A stretch of DNA of 63,985 nt, counting the filler, from Basidiobolus ranarum (lineage: Eukaryota), in NCBI GenBank assembly GCA_040143965.1. It is 5 parts of 5 records of this genome, joined end to end, with 100 filler letters (N's around TTAATTAATTAA, not from the genome) between each part and the next. Parts side by side here need not be neighbours in the genome. Positions count along the whole stretch, not along the records: positions 13,305 to 26,457 come from JASJQH010000500.1; positions 26,558 to 39,695 come from JASJQH010000501.1; 3 more parts are not named here. The stretch is one strand, 5' to 3'. The position numbers and the translations under genes were made by a program. The notes under the pieces are model-generated. The model did no database searches. It was not told where the DNA came from and worked only from the letters and a program-made list of their open reading frames with translations. Below are positions 25,721-37,687 of the stretch, in pieces. Position 1 is the first letter of the stretch. Each line of letters starts with the position of its first letter.

Positions 25721-26457
25721 CTATAAGCAATGAATGGAGAAACTTAGAAAATGATGAACAAGATGTAATGCACTAGTTTTTGATCCAGATAGTTACCACA
25801 TTATGCTTAATCTCTGCAGTTCCTATTTATGAGGAGTAAATTTTTGCAACTTCTTAAAATAGTGGTAACAAAAACTTAAATATGGATCCTGAGCTGAAAG
25901 ACTCAACAAATTGGCCAAGTTCCAATGAAAAACAGATATGTACCAAGGATTACATATAAGCTTTCTTGTGACTAAGCAGTATAATTGCCGGAATAATTGT
26001 TTGACAATTTTTGAAAATCATTTAACACATTGCTCAACCCTTTGACTGACAATTTGATTCTTGACTAGTCCAGAGTTGTCTTAGCAAAAAACTTATTGAA
26101 ATATCAAATATTGGAAATGATCATGAATTTTCCTGAAATTTGCGTAAAATATTAATTTTAGATGATTTGAAAGGTCACAGAGTTATCTGATTTTTCAGTG
26201 ATGCAACAATAATGCATGCATAATTCAAAGTTGTTGCTCTACAGAGTCCAATCAAACAACCAGCCAATATATATCAAGAATATTAGTAGAGTAACGCACA
26301 TCAAGAAAATTATAACAATGCTCACTGGATCTCAACTACTTTCTCCGTTATGATGTATTACATGATGCTCGGTAATATCAACTGTGATCTGTACGGAAAG
26401 CATGTGCAAGATTATTGAGATTCTGTGGAAGATTTCGATTTTGTGGGGGGAAACTAA

Positions 26458-26557
26458 NNNNNNNNNNNNNNNNNNNNNNNNNNNNNNNNNNNNNNNNNNN
26501 NTTAATTAATTAANNNNNNNNNNNNNNNNNNNNNNNNNNNNNNNNNNNNNNNNNNNN
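26458..26557. other. Assembly gap linker
   Basis: N44-TTAATTAATTAA-N44. Confidence 0.99.
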
Positions 26558-27497
26558 GATCCTTGCAGCTACGCATGTTTTGAATTACCGCCCGGGTCCG
26601 ATAAGTGGTACGGGGGTCCGACATGGAGTGACCACCATAACGAAAGGTGTGAATTTCAAGAACAAGAGGACCCTTACCAGAGGTGGTCCATTCACGAGCA
26701 TACTTCCAGGCTTGGTAAACGGAGAGGACATCCATACCGTTTACTTTGATACCAGGAATGTAGTCACCACGTCTGAAGTAATCGACGCTGGCACTTGAAC
26801 GGTTGGCAGAAGTACCCATACCATAAAGATTGTTCTCACAAACGAATACAGCGGGAAGGTTCCAGAGTTTGGCCATGTTGAAGGCTTCAAAGACTTGACC
26901 TTGGTTAGCAGCACCATCACCGTACAAACTGAAGGAGCAAGAACCATCATCGGTGTATTGGGAGGTGAAGGCAAGACCGGCACCGAGGGGAACTTGGGCA
27001 CCTACAATACCGTTACCACCGTAGAAACGGTTGGTGAACATATGCATGGAACCACCCTTTCCTTGGGAGATACCGTCTTTACGGCCCATCAATTCAGCCA
27101 AGACACTCTTGATGGATCCACCACGAATCCAGGTGAATCCGTGACAGCGATAGGAGGTAATAACGTGATCCTTCTTGGTGATGGCTTTTTCCATACCGAT
27201 GGCAACGGCTTCTTGACCGGTACACAAGTGACAGAAACCACGAATCATCTTAGCCTTGTACATGGCATCAGCGGACATCTCGAGACGACGAACAGTGTTC
27301 ATCTCGGAGTACATTTGTAAAAGCTCATCTTTGGAGAAGCTAACTTCGAGTGAAGGAGCCTCGCAGTTGTGAGTAATAAAATCAGATTCATCAAGCTTGA
27401 AAGTATGTTGTTGGAAGATGGGGGAACCAGTGCTAAAAGCACGAACAGAGGCAACTCTAGGTGCAATGGATTGAAGACGACCGAGAGTACGAAGCAT
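26558..27497 (-). CDS. PDA1: Pyruvate dehydrogenase E1 alpha subunit, mitochondrial; 3' end lost in gap
   Basis: Arg-rich presequence; IRGFCHLCTGQEA, GKGGSMH, GGNGIVGAQVP, TPP motif GDGAANQGQ...ENN, phospho-loop RYGGHSMSDP; strong codon bias. Confidence 0.97.
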
Positions 27498-28599
27498 AAT
27501 AATAATTTAATATATGAAAAGAAGTCAAGTTAGGGTCGATTTCCAAGAAGATATGGGAGGTGAGAAAGACGTTAAAATGAAAACGGACGCAAAGTTTTAA
27601 AATCGGAATGAGGTTGGTTTATCTAGTCTCAAATCAATGTATTTCTGGGGCTAGGACAAGCCTCATCTTGACCGAAACAGGTAAAGTGAACCCGGGGAAT
27701 CCGCCTTAGCAGGCTAATCGCGTGAGGTTTTGGGGCGACTGGTGCAAAAGGAACCAGGTCAGGTTGAAAAAAATATCCTCTCAGCTAATCTTGTGTGCAT
27801 GTAGCACTGTCCTAATCTATCTCCCCTCTGTCTCCTCCAATCCAATGACATAACTGGGCCAGAAACACTCAATCTATACCTGACAAGCCACAGGTTGCAC
27901 GAATAATTGATCAAACTCATCTAATATGTTTAAGGCCGTATTTAGAACCAAGATGTGGCGAGATGTGATTATCTGCCAATTGGATTATCGATGAATCCAA
28001 ACCTTTATTTCCTTTCCATCACTACCTAATCAGCATATCGATTATCCCTCAAGATCCTCCGCTTATGCATGCAAATTATCTTAATCACCAATAAAACTTA
28101 ATTTGATACGTAAACAAGCCACAGAATTCCTCTTGATTTGGCGAAAAATGGGGAAGGTGGTTTTGGGGAACTGAGGGGGATTTGTGGGATGTGGGTTGTA
28201 GGTTGTGGGTTAGGAAACGTGAGTTGTAATCGATGCTCAGTTCGAGCAATAAGCTTCTGCGTTGTTCTTACTGCAGAAGAGCATGTGGGTGTTCATCGTT
28301 TCTGTAGGATGCTCGAGAGTCCACGTGAATATGTGAAGATCTTCCAGAGAGGTGATAATCATTCAGCCATTGTTTTATTACTTCAAAGAGGATAAATCGG
28401 AAATGACTTTACGCCTCCTTTTTCTTTTACTCAATCTAATCTCTGATTTGTTCATTTGTTTTTGGGGATCTTGTGCAACTAATGTGGTTGGCACCGCGCC
28501 ATCAAAGTACCATTTCCTTTGGTTTCTAATAAAAATCTGCCTAGTCTCTTACCCCACAAGGTACAGTTCATCCTTGTCCCATATCCATTCTTTTCCAAA
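27498..28599. promoter_or_regulatory. Putative bidirectional promoter between PDA1 and LPD1
   Basis: 1.1 kb between divergent ATGs. CCAAT at 27837, 27842, 27976 (palindromic CCAATTGG) and 28088; about ten TAATC/GATTA words in 27715-28441. Confidence 0.5.
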
Positions 28600-30312
28600 A
28601 TGTTCAAGCTTGTCGCTAACAAGAGCGCCCTCGCTGCTGTAAGTTCAATATTTCTTTGGATTGTTTATTGACTGCGCTTTTAGTGACCGAATAAATCGAT
28701 TTTTTTATTATCACATTGTTATTTTTATTTGATAGAAGCACTTCTTATTGACTTATGTGTACTATTTTCCTTTTAATAGGCTCAAGCTCGTAATGCCTCT
28801 GTCAGAGCCCCTGTAATGTTGGGTTCTTACCGTCGCTTCTATAGCACTCAAGGTTTGTTCACTTGTTGACTTTTTATTTCCAAAGTATTATGTATTGACC
28901 CCTTGGCAATAGAGGAACACGACCTTGTTGTCATCGGTGGTGGACCTGGTGGTTACGTTGCCGCCATTAAGGCTGCTCAACTCGGTCTTAAGACTGCTTG
29001 TATCGAAAAGCGTGGTTCTTTGGGAGGTACCTGTTTGAACGTTGGCTGTATTCCTTCCAAGGCCCTCTTAAATAACTCTCACATCTATCACCAAACCAAG
29101 CATGATATTAAGAAGCGTGGTATTGAAGTTGAAGGAGTTAAATTGAACTTGGATACCATGATGAAGGCTAAGGCCAAGTCAGTCACTGGTTTGACCAAGG
29201 GTATTGAATTTTTGTTCAAGAAGAATAATGTTGATTACGTTAAGGGTACCGGTAAATTCCTTGGTCCTAACGAAATCGAAGTTCAAACTTTGGACGGTAA
29301 GGTGGAGAAACTTCGTGCTAAGAACGTTATCATTGCCACTGGTTCCGAACCTTCTCCTTTCCCTGGTGTTGAGGTTGATGAGAAGCAAATTGTCACCTCT
29401 ACTGGTGCCCTTTCATTGGATAAGGTCCCCGAAAAAATGATCGTCATCGGTGGTGGTGTTATTGGTCTTGAGATGGGATCCGTCTGGAGCCGTCTTGGTG
29501 CCGAGGTCACCGTTGTTGAATATATGGGTGCCATTGGTGGTGGTATGGATTCTGAATTGGCCAAAGCTTTCCAAAAGACTTTGAGCAAGCAAGGTTTCAA
29601 GTTCAAGCTTAACACCAAGGTTATCAATGCTGAGAAGAAGGATGGTAAGGTTGTAGTCAACGTTGAAGCTGCTCAAGGAGGCAAGAACGAGTCTCTTGAA
29701 GCTGATGTTGTCCTCCTCTCCATCGGTCGTCGTCCTTACACTGAAGGTCTCGGCTTGGAGAACGTTGGTGTTGAGGTTGATGAAAGAGGTCGTGTCAAGA
29801 TCGACTCTGAATTCAAAACCAACCACCCCCATATTAAGTGCATTGGTGATGTCACTTACGGTGCTATGTTGGCCCACAAGGCTGAAGAAGAGGGTATCGC
29901 CGCTGTCGAGTATATTGCTGGAGGTCACGGACACGTTAACTACGATGTCATTCCTTCCGTTATCTACACTCACCCTGAGGTTGCCTGGTGCGGTAAGACC
30001 GAGGACCAATTGAAGAAAGAAGGAGTCACCTACAAGATTGGATCCTTCCCATTCTCTGCCAACTCCCGTGCCAAGACCAACGATGATGCCGAAGGTATGA
30101 TCAAGATCATCACCGAAGCCAGCAACGATCGCATCCTTGGTGCTCATATCATTGGTCCTAACGCCGGTGAGATGATCTCTGAAGCCGTTCTTGCCATGGA
30201 GTACGGTGCCTCATCTGAGGATATCGCCCGTACTTGCCATGCTCACCCTACCCTAAGTGAAGCCTTCAAGGAAGCCTGCATGGCTGCCCACGGCCAAGCC
30301 ATTCATTGCTAA
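28600..30312 (+). CDS. LPD1: Dihydrolipoamide dehydrogenase (E3), mitochondrial; exons 28600-28638, 28780-28852, 28913-30312
   Basis: GGGPGG FAD motif, [13 protein letters not shown] redox disulfide, [11 protein letters not shown] motif, HAHPTLSE. Two in-phase GT-AG introns in the presequence region ([20 protein letters not shown]...RRFYSTQ-E|EHDL). Confidence 0.97.
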
Positions 30313-30728
30313 ACAATTGGACATTGTCACACCTTTATACATTTGCATTTAATCAAATCCATTTTTAAATTTGAAAATCATGTTAGAATAAACCAATATC
30401 ATTCAGCATCTTACGCACCTGAGTTGTTGGACACCAACCCTAACCCTAATATATAAATGTCACAGTATGGATAAAATCATGATTATTGGTTACCACGACC
30501 CAAAGATCCTCGGGTCAAATTGAAATCCAAGTGTAATGTAACAAGATAGATTTCGGCACTAATCGAAAAAAAAAGACTGCACTCAAATGAGTTTAGAAAA
30601 AAATTCCAAAATATGGATTTAGAATGATTAGATGGAAATAAAAAAAAAAAGAAAATGATGAAGAATAATGGTCACATTGTTATTTACGTTGTAACTCGCG
30701 AAACCATTAACTTTGGTAAAGATATACA

Positions 30729-33700
30729 ATGGCTAAACAAAACCAAAGAAATCAACCAAAGACCCAAACCGTCCCTCGTCGTAAGCAAAAGCGTCAAACT
30801 GAACTCGAAGAGATACAGGAATTAGAAGATAGAACCAAAGTTTCGGTATTTTCTACTTTATAGCGTTCCTAGTCGCTTTACAAGTGGTTAACTTTTCTTT
30901 CGGATGATTTAGTTGGATCTCACTAACGTCAAAAAGTTCTCTGATTTACCGATTTCAAACAAAACGAAAGATGGTAGGCTTTCACTATATATAATACGAA
31001 CGCTATTCGAGCATGAACCCTTTCTATTATCACTGGTACTAATTAATGCGACCGCTTCCTAGGCCTACTCAAAGGAAATTTTATTGAATTAACTGACATT
31101 CAGAAAAAGGCAGTTCCATTGGCCTTAAGCGGTAAGGATGTATTGGGTGCTGCCAAGACTGGTTCTGGAAAAACCCTATCTTTTCTGGTTCCTTTACTTG
31201 AAAGTCTGTATAGACAAAAGTGGAGTCAATTTGATGGTTTAGGAGCTCTAGTAATTTCACCTACACGCGAGTTGGTACGTAATATGCTTATTTTGTCGAG
31301 GCAAAAAGATACCCGTCGTTTACCTCCGAATATTATTAGGCAGTTCAAATTTTTCAAGTACTTTGCAAAATCGGCAAAGAACACTCGTTTTCTGCTGGTC
31401 TGATCATTGGTGGTAAAGATCTTACTGTTGAACAGGAAAGAGTGAATCGTATGAATATTTTGGTTTGCACTCCTGGTAGATTATTACAACACATGGATCA
31501 AACACCCGGGTTCGATTGTGACAACCTTCAGGTTCTTGGTAAGTACTCAATGGACGATTCACACTAAGACTGTTTTAATCTTAACCTGGTTCTTTTGTAC
31601 ATATCATAGTCCTCGACGAGGCTGATCGAATCTTGGATATGGGTTTCGAGAAGACTTTGAATGCTATTATCGATAATCTTCCACAACAACGTCAAACCCT
31701 TCTGTTCTCTGCAACACAAACCAAGTCGGTTCGTGATTTGGCTAGACTTAGTCTTAAGGTACGTATTACCATCTACATCGATTCCAACTAGCTTAGCCTT
31801 ACGCCATGCTCTCCTCATAGGATCCAGAATATGTGGCAGTTCATGAGAAATCGGAGCATAGCACTCCCCAAAAGCTTCAACAACATTATCTCGTCTGCGA
31901 ACTTCCTCAGAAATTGGATATTCTCTTCTCCTTTATCAAGTCACATCTTCAAGCCAAAGCACTCATCTTCCTTTCTAGTTGTAAACAAGTAAGTATCCGC
32001 ATCTTCACTCACATCCGAGTAACCTCTCCTCTCATCCCTTACTAAAACAATCTATCTTCAGGTACGATTCGCATTTGAAACCTTTTGTAAGATGCATCCG
32101 GGTGTTCCTCTCATGCATCTTCATGGAAAACAAAAGCAGACCAAGAGAGTAGAGATCTTTAATAAATTCAGTACCATGAAGTCCGCATTCTTGTTCGCTA
32201 CCGATATTGCCGCTCGTGGTCTTGATTTCCCTGCCGTGGATTGGGTTATTCAGGTGGATTGTCCGGAAGATGCGGAAACCTATATTCATCGTGTAGGTAG
32301 AACTGCCAGATATGACTCAGTAGGACATGCCTTGCTTTTCCTATTACCTTCAGAAGAAAAAGGTATGCTAGAGGCATTAGCCAAGAAGAAAGTCCCTATC
32401 GAGAATATCAAAGTAAAGGCTAGTAAAACTTTATCGGTGGCCAATCAACTTCAATCCTTCTGTTTCCAAGATCCAGAAATCAAATATTTGGCACAAAAGG
32501 TAATACTCCCCCCTTCTTCGTATAGAATGTTGTCAACGTACTTATTTCTTGTAAATAGTCATTCGTCTCTTACATGAGATCGGTGTTCTTGCAACGCGAT
32601 AAGAATATCTTCGATGTAAATGTCCTTCCGGGAGAAGAATACGCCAATTCTCTTGGTCTTCCAGGTGCACCCAAGATCAAATTCATCAAGGTAATAACGC
32701 GCAGGAATAGATTCTTTACTGTTTGGAGCTCTAATCACATTATACCTTCTCTAGAAATCTCAAGCTAAGAATGCAATTCGTCAAACCCCTGTTACTCCTC
32801 AAGGCATGTCTGAAAGTGAAGAAGAAGAAGAGGAAGAGGCTAAGGTACGTATTAAATCAAGTGATTATTCATAATGTATACACAGTACTTACATATTCTA
32901 TTCCAGCCCGCTAAACCTGTCACCAAAGTTGAGAAAATGTTCAACCGAAAGAATCAAAATATTCTATCTGAGCACTACACCAAGCTTATTGAAGATGATG
33001 AGAAGGAAGGAGAAGGTGAAGATGAGGAAGATGACTTTATCACCATTAAAAGAAAGGATCATGAGCTTGAAAGCACAGCTGGTGTAAGTAATTTGTTACG
33101 GAATCAATATCAATGGAATCAATCTAAACGTGTGATTTTTGAATGGAATTTAGGTTGTTCCTAAGAATGTGGTCGAACTCAATAAGAGACAGCTACTTAA
33201 GCTTAAGAAGAAGGCTTTGAGAGATGCTCCTCACAATGAGAAGTTGGTGTTCGATGAAGAGGGAGTGGTACGTACTCGGGAAGATGCAATATTCTTCGTC
33301 ATCTCTATCACATACTAAACATAATTCCTTTAAAAATGTAGGCCCATCCTATCTATGAGCTTGAATCACTCGAGACCTTCATGAACGAAGGTAATGTAAA
33401 GGACAAACAGAAGGAATACCTCGACCAAACACTCGAGGTAATGAAGGAGGCTGATCTTACGGATAGACAATACGAACGCGAGAAACGTCGTGCCAAGAAA
33501 TTGGAGAAGAAATTGAAAGCCAAAGCTTTAGAAGGGGAGGAAAGTGAAGAAGAAGCAATCGTCACTTTAGGTGAAGGAGATGAGGACTTTGAATCTGAGA
33601 GCAACGAAGAAAACTCTGCTAGTGAGTCAGCATCCGAAGAAAGTGAAGATTCTGAAGAGGAAGAAAAACCATCTAAATCCTACAAGCGTGATGCTAAAGG

Positions 33701-33809
33701 AAGAATTAGTACTGGACCACCATCTAAACGTCAAAAGGTCTTGGAGGTGGAAGAACCGGAAACTTTGGAAGATCATGAAGCACTCGCCCTCAAATTACTT
33801 GGATTATAA
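30729..33809 (+). CDS. DBP4: DEAD-box RNA helicase Dbp4/DDX10 (rRNA processing), about 11 introns
   Basis: Q motif [60 protein letters not shown]; Dbp4-type [15 protein letters not shown] and terminal [12 protein letters not shown]. Confidence 0.93.
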
Positions 33810-34027
33810 AGTAGCATTTATTCTATATTCTATATCCCATATGGTTTTATGCTTTCATTTATTTATTTCATCGTTAGAACTGTGAATATATAGAGAAACT
33901 CTACGTAGCATTTTTTTTTAATATTAATAAAAATTTATCCAAAATAAAACAAGGGATGCTTTATTGTCGGTGATCTGTGTGTGGTGTTCTATGGGAAATC
34001 AATTCTCTTTCTAATGTGTTCTCGGTA

Positions 34028-36717
34028 TTATTGGTTTGGAGGGGAGGTGGTCGTAGAGTACATCGGGGTAGTGACAGGGTTGGAATCTATAGATACCGAA
34101 TGATATTCAGGTTGGGCCGTTCCAATGGTAGATGAATTAGTAGTAGGTGTAGGTGAAGTGAGGGGGATTTCCAGCGACTGAGCTTGGGCTGACGCATCAA
34201 AAGTTTGGGGGGAATCCTCGGTAGAAGCAAAATTCGAATAAAGTCGTGGTGCAAAAGGTCTAGAGATGGTATGTTTGCTGACATGTTTTGGTGTACAATC
34301 AGTTGGGTGGGAATAATCAATGGAGTGGTCGGTGTGTGAGTACTTCATTGGTGAGGTATTGGTTTGGTGTTTCTGGCGCGGTTTTCGCATTTCATGCGTT
34401 TTGGATGGTGACTTTGCCTCTTGTGTTGTGAGGGTGGGGGCTGGGACGGATATAGATGATTCGCCATTACTTTGGTGAGGAGGGGAAGAGGTTATTGAGT
34501 TGGGTGAATATGTATTTGGGATCGTGTTGGTTGACAATCGATTTGAAGATTTTTTGCGATATTCCACTTGGTCATCTGTAGCAGTATTACCGAGTATTAA
34601 TGAGTGAAGGAAGGATTTTCTTCTACCTTTGCGAGGAATAGGCGTGGAGGAATCATCTACTTGAATACTAGATTCAGTTCGAAACCTACGGAATGGTAGG
34701 AGAAAGTTAGATGTGACCGAAGCGCCATGGTCACTAGACTGATCACCGTCACCAGAGTTCTGGGCGTTCTTTTTGTATTTCTCTAGTTCGATTTCTAGTA
34801 AATTCATTCTACGCTTCATATCGAGGTACTTGCTTGAAAGCCGTTGATATTTGACGTAGTAATGGGGCGGATTGATCTAGTTTACCGTTAGAGAAAGTCA
34901 TGAGAATTTGTCACCAATTAACTTACATCGTAGAGCCGTTCTTGTATCTCTGAGATCATGGCAATCATCTGCTTGTTTTGCCTACGCAGCGCCTTGGTCT
35001 TCTTGGCCTTCTCCTTGATAGGTTGGGGAGATAATATTCCGTTGGTGGTTCTTAAATGCTTGAATTCCATTTGGAATTTTAGACGATGGTAGTTTTCCCA
35101 TTCGGATACAAGGTTCGACCCAATAATGGATGTGGGTAACGCAATCACCTACACAATAGAATGGCTCAGAGGAAGCTGACATCAATACAAGATAGTTGTT
35201 GTTACCATCACACCACATATCATTGTGAACCCGGCAATCGTCTTACCAAGAGTAGTGACAGGAACCACATCCCCTTGACGTAATGGTAAGTAGTCGGTTG
35301 ATGGAGTTAGTTAATGCTTGCCACTTACCATAGCCGGTAGTAGTTAAAGTGACCACCGACCAGTAGAATGCGTGGACGATCGATTGGAAAGGGCTGTATT
35401 CATGAGGTTAGGGGGTGGAATAGATATTTGATAGTATTCTAAGCGTACCTTGGCTCCATCTGGCCATTCACTTCTCGTACCCATACGCGATTCGCTTTAT
35501 CGTACTCGCCCTGCTCTACGAAAAAGACCAAACTAGAAGATATTAAGATTGCCACCAAAAAGTACATGGAGACAGCTAAAATCTGGGCTATGCTCCTCTT
35601 GATCGCGCAAGTAGTAACCTAATGGAAAGATATTAGAGGGGCGCAAGCACTCGTGAGATCATGAGGAAACACTGTACATAGAGGCCCGGTGAATATTCGT
35701 TGACTCGGAAAATCTTTAGCAACGTAAACACCTTCAGCAAACGAAGAACTCTAAAGAAGTACTGCTCACATGGATTGTTAATTAGGACGCCACTTCTCTT
35801 GATTTAACACCATTTAACAACCATACCGAGGAAGAAACCGATTCGAAGAATGACACGATAAAGAACGGAACGATGGTGATCAAGTCTAGTATATTTTTGT
35901 AGTCTGCGGAGGAATTGGATTAAATTCAGCTTGAACATATCCATTCAATATCACTATCAATGGATGTCTTACCCAAAAAGAACCTCCATCGATTTGGCCA
36001 CCCATAGAACTTTCCTGCGAACTCTACCGAGAGAATAATGAGAAGGGAAATATCCAAGGATTGGGAAAACCTAATTCAATTGATAATCTTTAGATGACTC
36101 ATCTATTAATATGCAACATATATGCTTTACTTTATCCACTCATTAGATTCAGTCTGGTATACTGAAGGGATTGTTTCCAAACAGAACGATATCACCATGA
36201 GAAGCAGTAAGAGGTGAGAAAATAAAAAAAACACTCTAGCCTAGAAGATATCAGGTTTAATACGTTGTTTCTCGAAACAGTGCCTCAAAAATTGCTGACC
36301 TGCCAGGATTTACTCTGAACAAAGAATCGGTAGCAATATGCACGAAATGGTGACATGGTCTTTTCAACAGCATATCTCTCTTCGTCCGAGCTGGAATCCT
36401 CCTGTGGGATTGTAATAAAGTCTTAGCGTGACTAAGGTATAAAGTTGTATGGTTGCAATCTCACAGAGCTGTTGGTATTCACTTCGCTAAAATCAGTACT
36501 ATGAATTTCGTCGTGTTCGTTATCTCTGCGTATACAATTATTCGTGGTTTAGTTTCACCTGTTAAAGTGCATAATAACATAAATAATATCTTTACAGTTC
36601 ATCTGCTGAATATAGAGTGGAAGTTTGGTGATTCTCTCCGATTGTGTCAAGTGTAATGGTGGGCTCTAAATGAAGAGATTTTATCGGGACTTGATTTTGC
36701 TGAGGAACGGTGGACAT
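34028..36717 (-). CDS. Six-transmembrane voltage-gated (Kv-type) potassium channel, about 11 introns; start approximate
   Basis: Spliced reading: S1 ...VISFCLETIP, S2 ...LIILSVEFAGKF, S3 NILDLITIVPFFI, S4 RVLRLLKVFTLLKIFRV, S5 ...SSLVFFVE, pore [29 protein letters not shown], S6 GVMVIALPTSIIGSN; long disordered tail. GYG is split by an intron at ~35275-35328. Confidence 0.9.
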
Positions 36718-37159
36718 CGTTCCAAACAATATCCAGTTGAACTATATAGAGTGTGGAATTCTCTCGGACTAGACAAGTAACAGAAGAAGTAGCAATAAGC
36801 CAGAGGAATGCAAGAGTGGAGGGGAGCTACTATGGCAATAATATAGAATTGAGTAAACTCATGTCAGAAAAATCAAGTAGAAAATAATATGTTACCAAGA
36901 TAAATAAAGTTGGATAGATTTGGAATAGGTTAGTATCTCGGGTAGACATTTCGGGTTAGATTCCTCAGGGAAATAAATCGACTTGCACCAACAAGCGCCA
37001 TAAATTCAAGAAGAAAATCCATTTAATTGGGCCTTTATTCCACTCGGATATTTGCCCCCTCGAAATTTTTGATTTTATCATTCGTGAAAATAAACCACCA
37101 CTTCCATATCAATTTCCAACTTGCACAGAAACCAACCTTCAACAAGTGGATAATTCAAA

Positions 37160-37462
37160 ATGCCTCAAGGACGTATTCTCAGAGATATGCAAGCCAGAGT
37201 TTGTATGGCTAAGAACGAACTCTCCAGACAAGCATATCGTTATATTATCCGTAATGAATCTTATCCTACTCGAGTTCGCATGCAAGCTCAACTTGCTTTA
37301 AACAATTTCCCTAGAGCTGCTAGATCGGTCAATATCAAGAATCGCTGCCTTGAAACCGGTAGAGGTCGTGGTGTATTCCGTGACTTTAGACTCTGTCGTT
37401 TTGAATTTAGACTTCAGGCACTTAGAGGTCAACTTCCTGGTGTCATTAAGAGTACTTGGTAA
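37160..37462 (+). CDS. MRP2: Mitochondrial ribosomal protein uS14m, nuclear-encoded
   Basis: IKNRCLETGRGRGVFRDFRLCRFEFRLQALRGQLPGVIKSTW matches the uS14 C-terminal signature; 100 aa. Confidence 0.92.
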   Translation: MPQGRILRDMQARVCMAKNELSRQAYRYIIRNESYPTRVRMQAQLALNNFPRAARSVNIKNRCLETGRGRGVFRDFRLCRFEFRLQALRGQLPGVIKSTW

Positions 37463-37687
37463 ATTTATGGGCCACGTAGAAACGCTCTCCCCATTTTCTC
37501 CTCATCTCATTTTTCACAATAACCCAATGGCCAAAACAAACATCGCATATCTTTGTCCATAGAATTAAGAACTGCAGTAATAAAGCTGAGTTTATCCTTC
37601 AAGATAAATGATTTTTATGAATCAATGAACACATATTTCAATCAACGGTTTTTATTGAAGATACTCTATGGATGTACCGAACGAGGT

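Noticed and set aside
26558-26625. Odd substitutions in the PDA1 phospho-loop region (DPRTTYRTRAVIQ versus canonical DPGTTYRTREEIQ)
   Set aside because: Confined to the last ~60 nt before a gap; most likely low-quality contig-end base calls rather than altered regulation or pseudogenisation.
29283-30147. Long antisense ORFs over LPD1 (244 aa), and similar ones over PDA1, PMA1 and the PDR gene
   Set aside because: Expected shadows of strongly codon-biased genes; no recognisable motifs.
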